A stretch of 64,000 nucleotides of DNA, from contig QPGO01000007.1 in assembly GCA_008632985.1 (NCBI GenBank), positions 744,001 to 808,000 of the forward strand. The letters run 5' to 3'. The DNA is from Psammoneis japonica. Its lineage: Eukaryota. The first letter of the stretch is position 1. Each line of letters starts with the position of its first letter. Below are positions 35,252 through 46,300 of this stretch, one piece after another. Made by a program: the position numbers and the translations under genes. The notes beneath the pieces are model-generated. The model did not search any database. It had not been told where the DNA came from and was given only the letters and a program-made list of their open reading frames with translations.

Positions 35252-38200
35252 GATTAACAGTCTTGCTCATTGTCAACCCATTGAGCAACCGCCATCGTCG
35301 TCGTTGATTTGCCGACGACGCCACTTCAATTCTGCATGGACCTCCGTACATGTTCCACATGCATCGGCAAGTTTACGCGCATCCAACACCAGGGCATCGG
35401 CAGGAAGTTAACGTCACGGTCATGGCCTCCTCACCGCTGGACATCTGGATTGATTGTGCCACCTTTGATCGCTGAAGACATGCATTCAACGGTCATGTCC
35501 AAGTCCATCCTTGATCCTCATCCCTTGACATGCCCATTCATCGGTTAACGGTCAAGAACCCTGCATGTTCAAGGATCTCTGTCGCTGAAGACACATGTGT
35601 GCACATGTCTTCACGGCCAAGGACTTGAACCCACTCTTTGGACTGCGGCTTTGCCACCACTCTACAAGCACGCCGAGTCTGTTGCACCTGATCTACCCCG
35701 GACTGCTGGTGCTCTGCAGTTCCACTGGGTCCACGAGGACGACTGTGAGAGCAAGCAGCCGTGATTGCAGCCTACGTTGGGGCGAGGGTGTTTTCCCGCG
35801 TTTGTTCGTTCGTCCACAGTGCCTGGCGCCTGCGTCAACTGGCCAGCCTGATCGGAAAATCCAACCGACATAAAATGAGAACGGTTTGGGGGTCTTGTCC
35901 ACCTCCAGTCAGCTTGCCTGCGGGGGTTTGCAACCCGCTGCTCCGCTCGCAAGCAACCCAAAGCGCCACTGGCTGCGGGTTCGAACGTGCCGGCACAACT
36001 CTAAGGACCGGACAGGAAGTTTAGCACTTGACAACGAACGGGACAGCAAAGCCCAGCGACTTCTGATTTTGGGGCAGTTCAAGATTTCAAGTCAAGTCCA
36101 TTTCAAGTCAAGTCTGTTCTCACCCAAGCTTCAAGTCTGTCTTCGCTTCCCAACAAGAATTGATTGTCCTGACACCACTTTTGTCTACCATGGTTCTCAC
36201 TTGTCAGCAACAAACCGATGGTTTTGAGCACGTTGTTGGAACCGTGCTTGCCCAAGGTGCTGGGAGTCCTCTTCGTTTGGCTTTGGCCCAAGACGGCATG
36301 GACTCGCATCAAGAACTGTTCACGTTCATGCCGTCCCAAATCGACTCGCTTGAGTGCGACAACGGCACCAATGTGATCCCTTTGCCCCGCGGTTGTGAGA
36401 ACATGTTGGCAGCCCCAGTTGGTCTGTACATTGTCAAAGCACACAAAGGTCTTGACGTTGCCAATGACTCCTCGTTGTTCACGCATGACGAGTTCCTTGC
36501 CCACCGCCTCAGCCCCGACTGCATGTCTTCTGTGTCCATCGGCAGCTCACCCCTCGCACCTCCGCATGTCACCAACCCGACCAAGGCACGCGACCCGGTG
36601 CGAGACTTCAAGCGAGGCATCAAGCATGACCCCACCGCTTTCACGGCTCTCAAATCCGACAAGCAGTGGCACACTTGGCACACCTCACTTGTGGCACAAG
36701 CCCGTGCCCCCAAGACGTCGAGTGCATCCTAGACTCGTCGTACAAACCGACCAGCCCCAAAGACAAACTGCTCTTTGCTGAACAGCAAAAGTGCATGTTT
36801 GCCGTCTTCGAACGCATCCTTCTCACCGACAAGGGCAAGGCTCTCATTCGCGAAAATGTGGGGTCTTCTGACACCCAGACCGTCTGCCGCGCCTTGTCTG
36901 AGCATGCGCTCGCCTCCACCCGTGCATCTGTCGAGTCCCCCACCTTGCTGGCGTGCCTCACCACCGCACGTCTTGGTGATGGCACTTGGAAAGGTCCGAC
37001 CCACGGGTTCATCCTTCATTGGCAAGATCAGTTGCGCAAGTGCGAGGCACTCATCCCGGCCAGTGACCACTTCTCTGAAGGACAGAAGTGCATCATGCTC
37101 GAGAATGCCGCACACCCTGTCGAGGAACTCCGTGCTGTCAAGAACCAAGCTGATCAGCATCGCACGCAGAGTGGCAAGAGCCTCACATACGATCAACACT
37201 GTGGCTTGCTGATGTGTTTTCATCCCAGGTGAGAAACGCGCATGCGGAGGTGAGACATTTCGTCTGTCCCTTTTCCATTGCCATGCTTTTTGTGCGAGCA
37301 AATCTGACTGGACTTTCCCCCGATTTTTCATTTCTTCTTTCTGCAGACATGTTTATTTTGAAAAGCCAGCCGTCATTCTCATTGGTTGAAGGGTGCGCAC
37401 AAGAAAAGCGCTTTCTCGAAAGCGGCATTTTTTGGAGTGAAACTGACAGCTGTCTGCTCGTTGTTGTTATTCTGGTGCATTTGAGAGACTGTTCCACTGT
37501 TTCTTTCACCGAATCTGACCACTTTGAAAGAATGCACGCATTGTTCATTGTGTGAAGAGCTCACACCAAAAAAGAACGGCGTTCTAACTCTGTCATTTGC
37601 ACAAGAAAAATCGGGGGAACTGACTTCGCACGTGATTTTTTTGCGCGATCGGCCATTTCAAAGATCGACTGATTTGTCGACCTGTGTGGGACACTTGAGT
37701 GAACAAAACAATGGGATTGAAATGGCAGCGTCAAAGTTCAATGTGTGTCTAGTCATTGTGTGATTTGACATGCTCAAGCAGAGTTAAAGATGAAATGTTG
37801 ACAAAATTTCACCGCTCAAAATGACTGGTTCTATCTTAGAATAAAATAAAATGGCTGCAACACTGAGATGTCGCTAATGGCATTGTTCTACTTTACAACA
37901 ATGAAACTGTCACACTTGCATCTGAGATTCTTTATCCTCACACACCCTCAAAACCGAACACATGACGATTCTCTTGTCAGCAGCGAAATCTGATGTTGTC
38001 GCGCGACCCAAAAGCGTCGTCCACAACGACTCAAAGTGTGGACGATACATTGTGAGAATCACAGCAACGTGTCATAGAAACATTCTTCGTTGTCAGTGTC
38101 CGGTGTCAAGTAGATGGAGCAGCGCGTTGATGAGAATCCTACTTCGCAAGCTGAGGAAGAGAGAAAGAGGCATCAAAAATGTCATGAGTCAAAAGGCCAT

Positions 38201-41200
38201 CCACAAGGCACAACAAAAAACAAAGATCAAATTTTCAACCACATCATCGCACCGAGCGTTGTCTTGTTGACCTGTCTCGGCATTCTTACCTTCTCAGTCA
38301 CAACATCCGTTGGTGCAAGAATGGACGAGTTCATGGCGACGGCATGGTGCCATTTTCGGTTTGCGCGAATTGTGGTTTGTGGTTCGAGACATGGAAAAAC
38401 ACATTTTTGCTGTCATGGAGCTCGTTTTTTACTAAGATTTTTGGTGCTAAATGCACGTCTCATGTAGAAACACGTAGAAAACCTCGTGATGTGACCAAAA
38501 GTTTCTCACCCAGGATGAAAACACATCTGCTCCTCTCCGCGGCAGCTCAATGCGACAGTGCGTTTCAACCCAAGACGACACCTCGAGCTCCCCGACGCGC
38601 CATGTGCGCACACGACGTCTGCTCCGAGGAACCGTCCAATGATGTGTTCTGTGACATTGACAGTGACATTGACGTCCTTCAGGCCAATGCTGCCTGCACC
38701 CGTGGTCCCAGCCTCACCGGTGACCAATGGAAACGTCTCCCTCCCGACCACCAACGGATTTGGGATTCGTTGCCCCATTCCTCCAAGGCGATCATCCTTG
38801 AGCATTCTTGCCCGCCTCCCCGCAACCCGCAAGACAGCAACTGCCATGAGTCCATTGCGGCCAACCTTCACGACCACCGCCTTGGGAGTGACGGTGATGT
38901 CAACTTGTCCAACACGACTCCTGCTGACTCTGGTGACTCCACTCCAAATGTGGGTGCCACTTTGGACAATCCCATCCTGGCGCACCTCACCAAGCGCAAG
39001 CCACTGCCACCCGGTGATCTGCAACGTCTGTTGTCTCCTAACCAAGCCCCCAATGCTGGTCGACCGGGGCCATCCGCCGCTCCCTCTACCCCGCCAGCTT
39101 CTGCCGATGACACAGAACTTGGCGGCTGCACTTGCCATCGCGTTGATGACCACAATGTCATTTGCTCTGCCTCTGCTCATTGCTCCACACGCACTGGTGC
39201 TCTGGTCGATCGTGGGGCCAACGGCGGCATTGCTGGCGACGACGTTCGCATCATTGCACGCACCTCTCGCCAAGTCGACGTTCAGGGCATTGATGACCAT
39301 CAATTGGTGGACATCCCTGTTGTCACCGCTGGTGCCGTCATTGAGACCCAGTGTGGTCCCGTCATCGCCATCCTCCATCAGCACGCATGCACGGGCAAGG
39401 GCAAGACCATCCATTCCTGCGGCCAGCTTGAATGGTGCAAACAGGATGTCAACGATCGCTCTGTCAAGGTGCCCAACGGCTTGCAATGCATTGCCACTCC
39501 TGGTGGCTGTGTCATCCCCATTGACATCAAGGGCGGCCTGCCTTGTGTTGCCATGCGACCTTGCACTAATGCCGAGTGGGACACCCTGCCCCATGTCATC
39601 CTCACCGGTGATGACACATGGGATCCTTCCGTCCTCGATCACTCTGTCACTGACGATGACCAGTGGTGCGACGCGATCTCTGACCCACAGGACGGTCCCA
39701 CTGCCAACCTGTTTGACGGGTGCGGCAACTGCCGTCATCGTGTCATTGTCAACGAGACCATCATGTCCACTTCCTTGTCTGCCGATCACGCGTCCACCCT
39801 CGATGATCACCTCATTCTGAACAACGACGTGTTCTGCGAGTGTCATCTACATGCGATTGACCCCAAGGACGACGACGTTCCGCCCCTGGAGCGCACTGTG
39901 CAGCCCAAGGACCCCCCCTTCGAGTCTCTTCGGCCTTGCTTTGGCTTCCCACCTGCCGATGCGGTCCGTCGTACTTTTGACTGCACCACGCAGTGCGCCC
40001 GCATGCCAGCCGGCACACACCTTGGGAAGGCCTGCAAATCACCCAACCCCGCCCTTAACGCACACCGCCGCAACGAGCCTGTCGCCACTGACACCGTTTG
40101 TGCCGACACCCCGGCCGTCGACTCTGGTTGCACCAGCGCCCAACTGTTTGTTGGCACCGAGTCTGCCGTCACTGACGTCTGCGGCACCAAGACGGACAAA
40201 GAGTTTGTCAACACACTCGAGGATCAGATCCGTGAGCGTGGTGCCCCATCCAAACTCATTGGCGACCGTGCTCAAGTTGAGATCAGCAACAAAGTGCTCG
40301 GGATCCTACGAGCCCTCTTCATCTCCAGCTGGCAAAGTGAGCCTCACCAGCAACACCAAAACTTTGCCGAGCGTCGACACCAGACCGTGAAGCGCATGGC
40401 GAACACTGTCATGGATCGTTTTGGTTCGCCCACCCACACATGGCTGCTGGCGCTCATGTGCGTGTGCTTCACACTCAACCATGCAGCATCCCCACGTCTC
40501 CACTGGCACACGCCCCTCGAGACTCTCACTGGCTCCACCCCGGACATCAGCCCATTGCTTCGCTTTCACTGGTGGGAACCCGTGTGCTTCCACCTTGATG
40601 ACTCCGATTGGCCGTCCGAATCCCGTGAGTTGCGTGGATGCTTTGTTGGCATTGCTGAGCACGTCGGCCACCAGATGACCTTCAAGATTCTCTCTGACGA
40701 GACTCAGAAGATCCTCCACTGGTCCAACGTACGCTCCGCCACCACCGATCCTGCCGTTCGAAACCTGCGTCTTGATCCTCCTGATGGGGAGCCACCTGAA
40801 CCCATCATCAAATCTCGCCATGATGACAACCCCGTCGATTCTCCTGATGGGGAGATCAGGACACCCAAGATGCCAGTTTTCGATCCGCAAGACATCATCA
40901 GACGCACCTTCTTCATGCAGCCACAAGAGGACGGACAATGCCACAGAGCTTGCATCGTCAAGGCCGTCGAAGACCACGAATGGAAAGTGAACGGCAATCC
41001 CGAGCTTGCTAAGTTCATCTGCTCTGTCAACAATGACGAACACGAGGAAGTCCTTGCCTGCAACGACATCATGAATCACATTGAGCAAGAAGACGAAGAC
41101 ACTGCTGTTTGGAAATTCCGACGCATCGTGTCACACGAAGGACCTCTGAAGCCTCATGACCCAACCTGGAAAGGCTCAAGCTACAACATCATGCTTGAAT

Positions 41201-43375
41201 GGGAAAGTGGGGAGATCACGTCCGAGCCTCTTGCCATCATCGCCAAGGACAACCCCATCACCTGCACCATCCATGCACGAGAGAACGGACTTCTCGACAC
41301 GGATGGCTGGAAGCGGTTCCGCACCATTGCGAGGCGCCAAAAGAAGCTATTTCGCATGGCCAACCAAGCCAAGCTTCGCTCCTTCCGCACTGCACCTCGC
41401 TGCAAGTGCGGACACGAAGTTCCCCGGAACTGCAAACATGCCATGTCACTAGACGAACGCAATGGCAACCGCAAATGGGGAGACGCAACTAATCTCGAGA
41501 TGGACCAACTCGAGGAATACGAAGTCTTCCATGACTGCGGGCCCTTCGAGTCTTCCACTCCTCCTGCGGGACACAAGAAGATCCGAGTGCACCTGGTGCA
41601 CGACGTGAAACATGACGGTCGCCACAAGGCACGACTCGTAGCCGATGGGCACCTCACGGACATGCCTGTTGACAGTGTCTGCTCCGGAGCAGTCTCCCTC
41701 CGTGGCCTTCGGCTGATGATTTTCCTGGCCGAACTCAACGAGTTGGAGACATGGGCCACCGACATTGGCAATGCCTGCCTTGAAGCCACCACCAAGGAGA
41801 AGCTCTACATTGCAGCCGGACCCGAATTTGGCAAACTCGAAGGACACATCCTTGTCATCCACAAGGCCCTGCATGGACTGCACAGCTCCAGCCTCCGCTG
41901 GCACGAGCGCTTCGCCGACTGCCTGCGAGCTGAAGGCTTCTTCCCCTGCCGCGCCGAACCCGACATTTGGATGCGCAGGAACGGCGACCACCATGAATGC
42001 ATTGCCGTTTATGTGGATGACCTCGCCATTGCTGTGAAGGACCCTCAATCTTTCGTTGACACTCTCACGGAAAAGTGCAAGTTCAAGCTCAAGGGTGCGG
42101 GACCCATTGAGTTCCATCTGGGTTGCGACTTTTCCCGGGATCCCGACGGCACCTTGTGCCTGTCTCCGCGCAAGTACATCGAGCGCATGGTCGACAGCTG
42201 CACCCGACTGTTTGGGGAGAAACCTGCCACCAACGCCCTGTCACCTCTGGAGAAGGGCGACCACCCCGAACTGGACACTTCCGAACTGCTGGAGCCCAAT
42301 GGCATTCACAAGTTCCAGTCCCTTGTTGGTTCACTCCAATGGGCAGTGTCTCTTGGTCGAATTGACATCACCACGGCCGTCATGTCACTCTCTAGCTTCC
42401 GAGCTGCGCCCCGTCAAGGCCACACTTGGATCGTGCCAAATGCGTCTGTGGGTGCCTCTCCAAGATGCGACACGGCGCTCTCCGCATTCGCATGGAAGAG
42501 CCCGACTGTTCGGATCTCCCTGCTCCGGCCTGTGAATGGATGCATTCCGTGCACGGCGAAGCAGAAGAGATGATCCCAAAGGACGCTCCACCGCCCCTTG
42601 GCAAGTTCGTCACTGCCACCCACTACGTCGATGCAAACTTGTGCCATTGCATGCTCACCGGACGCTCTGTCATGGGAATGCTCCACTTCCTCAACAAATT
42701 CCCGGCTGATTGGTTCTCTAAGAAGCAAGCCACCATGGAGACTGCGACCTGCGGGTCTGAATTTGTTGCCGCAAGGACTTGTGTCGAGCAGATTGTCGAC
42801 CTGTGCATCACCCTGCGCCACCTTGGCATCCCGATCCGCAATGTCAGTTACATGTTCGGTGACAACAAGTCGGTTGTAGACAGTGCCACCATCCCGCACT
42901 CCAAGTTACACAAGCGACACACCACACTATCGTTCCACCGTGTGCGTGAGGCAATTGCCTCTGGTTGCCTTGAGTTCCACTTCATCGAAGGCTCCCGCAA
43001 CCCTGCTGACATTCTCAGCAAGCATTGGGGTTGCTCCCAAATCTGGGACCTTCTCCGCCCCCTCATGTTCTGGAACTTCATTCCATCCGAAGTCGAATCT
43101 GTTTCTGTGGCTCCTCAAGCAAACTGGGGAGTGACAGGATTTGAACAGGATTTGGGTGCGCGCGAAATGTCGCGCGCTGTTTAGTTTGCCGCGCACAGTT
43201 TTGTGTGCTTTAGTTCCGCGCGTTCGCGCACGATGTAGTTTGCTTTCGAGCCACGAGGCTCACAAGAATAACAACAGCAGCCCGATCACACTGACTTGCA
43301 CGTCTTTCGGCTCCTGCAATGGTCTCTGAGCGGAGACTCATCTGCCATTTAGACAGCAGCAAGGAGTCATTGTTT
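35252..43375 (+). mobile_element. Younger Ty1/Copia element: PBS about 35252, gag from about 36190, pol to about 43130, PPT about 43125-43131, truncated 3' LTR 43132-43375; no 5' LTR
   Basis: Protease LVDRGANGG; integrase VATDTV, SEPHQQHQNFAERR; RT HLVHDVKHDGRHKARLVADG, YVDD; RNase H; frameshifts at about 36705 and 42421. Confidence 0.95.
37211..38527. mobile_element. Non-autonomous TIR DNA transposon (1317 bp) inserted in Copia gag, 4-bp TSD TGCT
   Basis: 27-bp TIRs gatgtgttttcatcc(ca/tg)ggtgagaaac; tgct at 37207-37210 and 38528-38531. Removal restores GLLLS, as in the old copy at about 22750. Confidence 0.9.
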
Positions 43376-46300
43376 GAACTCTTGCCATTTGCCTTCAATT
43401 TCTGTCATCCTTTGTGTGGAAGTTGATTGGATTCGGGTTAGAGATCCATGCGGTCTCGAGGTTGGCCTTTGGTGTGGCAAAGGTGATGCTGCAGCTGTCC
43501 AAAGACAACACTCTTTGATGCATCATGGCCGCACACACACCCCAGCCGTGACTTCAAAAAGCAAGTTGCACTCACAAAAGCAAGCTGCACTCTCTCGTCT
43601 CAGCTTCGTTTGCCCCCTGCCAGACCTCTCTCACCCCCACAAAGTCACCTTGATTCAAAAATGTGTTGGTTCATTCCCAATGATGGCAGCATCAGTGAGC
43701 AAAGCAGCTCTTGCCAGAGACTCCAAGTTGTCTGCTGGTGCTGGCTGCGCCTCTCCTCTCTTGCCTCTTGGCGATCCCAAGGCTGCCGCTCTCTGCTCAC
43801 TCTGGCTGGCGCCACATCACCAGCATGCTGAAAAGCCCCCATCAACCCTTGTGTTGATGCCATGCCAGTGTTTGTCATGTGTGCAGCTCCCCAGTTGGTT
43901 GGTGGAGTCAAGCCAGAGCGCCACCCTTTTCTGCTGCATTGTCAGGGCAAAAGTGCCACAGTGCACATCTCCAGAGCTCCCAATGAGCTCCCTCCAAAAC
44001 TTTGCTTGGAAGCAAAAGCTGGGCTCCACATGCCTTTTTGCACCATGTTCTCCATTTTAGCCAACAACCAGATTTTGACCAAAGCACTCACTGGCAAAGC
44101 ACAGCTCCAGACTTGGCAGCAGCTGCAACCAAAGCTTTGCACAAGCTTCTCCAGCTCTGACATGAAGCACAGATGACAAAACAGGTTTTCATCAGATGAC
44201 ACTCTTTGATGCATCACAGCCACATGCACATCCCAGCTGTGACATCAAAAAGTGCACCACAAAAGTCATTCTCAGCTTTGTTGGCCCTGACGAAAGAACT
44301 CTCTTGCCCCCACAAAGTCACCTTGATCCAGCTGTGTGAGTTCATTCCCAATTGTGACCACATCAATGGCCAAAGCAGCTCTTTTGTGCCAGAGTCTCCA
44401 AGTCATCTGCTGGTGCCAGCTCTCTCTTGCCAACCCTTGGGCTGCTGCTCTGCTTGCTCTGGCACCACATTGCCAGTGTGCCCCATCAACCCTTGTGTTG
44501 ATGCCAGGCACCAGTGTTTGTCATGTGTGCACCAGCTCCCCAGTTGATTGGTGGAGAGTCACACAAGAGCCATCCACTTCTGCTGCATTGCCAGGATGAA
44601 AATGCCACAGTCACATCTCCAGAGCTCCCAATGAGCTCTCTCCAAAAATTACTTGGAAGCAAAGCAGCTGGGCTCCATGCCCCTTTCGCACCGTGTCCTC
44701 CATTTTACCAGCAACCAGATTTTGACCAAAGCACTCACTGGCAAAGCACAGCTCCAGACTTGGCAGCAGCTGCAAAGCTTTGCACAAACTTCTCCGCTCT
44801 GTCATGAAGTGCAAATGATGAAACAGGTTTTCATCAGCTTTTTCTGACTCTTCAGGAGTCTGAAATGCTTCAGTGTGAAGCTTCTGTGGAAAGCAAACAC
44901 AAGACCAATGAAGAGAGGCTGAATGAACAGTGCCCCCCACACACAATCATCATGCTTGTCATTGTGGCACTGTTGGGCACCACCTGCTGGAAGCAAGCTG
45001 TTGCTGGACAGCAACGTTTGGTCATTTGGCAGCAAAAAGGCAAAATTGGCCATCTGTTGCTCTGTGCTGGCACAGTGCACCAAGTGCCCAGCACCAATGT
45101 GCTGGACAGATGTGCAATCTTCAAAACAACAGCAAAGAGTTGCCAGCATTTTGAGTGCCTGATGGCTGATTTTTTTTGCCTCATGCCTCATGGCCAGTGT
45201 GGGCCACCACCCCCTTTGATCCCCCAGCAGGAGGAAGCATTGAATGTGTGCCAAGGTGCCATGCCAAAACAGATCATTCAGATGCATGCTGCTTGGACAT
45301 TGACTTTGTTGCAACCACGGCACCCTTGCATGGTCATTGGCAAGCACCGCAACATGCCCTTCTGACATTTCATCTGCCAAAGCAAGTCCTGGATTGCTTG
45401 CCACAATGACTGGACTGCCACTGTCATCCAGGAAAATGGTGTGTCCATGCCGACCATGACAGTCATGTCCTTTTGTGCATTCTCCCATTAAAAAGTCCAC
45501 AAGGATGGTGTGCAGCTGCACTGGCGAGCCAACACTTGACCAGCACTGATGTCATGAGTGCCAGCCCTTTTGGCTTCCCAGCAGCAACAGCTGTCCCCCT
45601 GAGTGACACTCTCAAAAAGATGCTGCACACCCAAAAATGGGTGAAGTGTCTGTCTGAGTTGTTGACATGATGAAGTGCTGTGACTGCACACTGATGCCAT
45701 CAAACAGATCTGCAACCAGTGGCATTGTCCCCACATTGCCCTGCAGCAAGAACATTGCCTGTGCCCAGCAGGGGCAGATCAAAGCCAAGCCCACCATCCT
45801 GCTGAACTCATTGATCAATGTCACCACCAAGCTGCCCCCCAACAAAGTCTGTGCACAACATGCCAAAACACTTGAATGCACCCATGCCAAGTCCACCTCC
45901 ATCATTCAAACAGGCTCCAACAGCCAGTGCAGTGATGCTGTCATTCAGAAACATGGCACAACCAAAGAAATCATTCATGTCTCTTCTGCCAGTGGCTGGC
46001 AGGACTTTGCTGGCAGGACCAACCAAACCAAAGTGCCGCCATGCAGCCAAAAATGTCAGTGTCTTGTTCTGCCCCTGCATTGTGTGACAATGAGATGGAA
46101 CCTCTCTGAAGCAGTCATCCTCAGTGAAGCCATTTGTCAGATCATGCAACACATGCACAGTGAGCATGACACACCAATGAGAGTGTGGTGCACTGGCAAA
46201 CCTTTGTCACAGACTCATGTCTTGCTGTTTTTCTCAGCTCTTCTTGCATGGGCAGCATGCAAATCAAATCAAACCCGCATTTTGTCTGAAACCAAATCCG

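Noticed and set aside
33499..35360. Long ORFs spanning 33.5-35.4 kb
   Set aside because: Artefacts of the N gap.
38344..38527. N-terminus of the 1409-aa ORF as a real start
   Set aside because: It lies inside the inserted TIR element; the true gag frame comes from about 36190.
38344..42573. Alternative genetic code or recoding (TGY/CAY read as Tyr) in the Copia ORF
   Set aside because: Paralogous copies differ at the same sites, both Cys and His occur, and the element has frameshifts and an insertion; host genes use the standard code.
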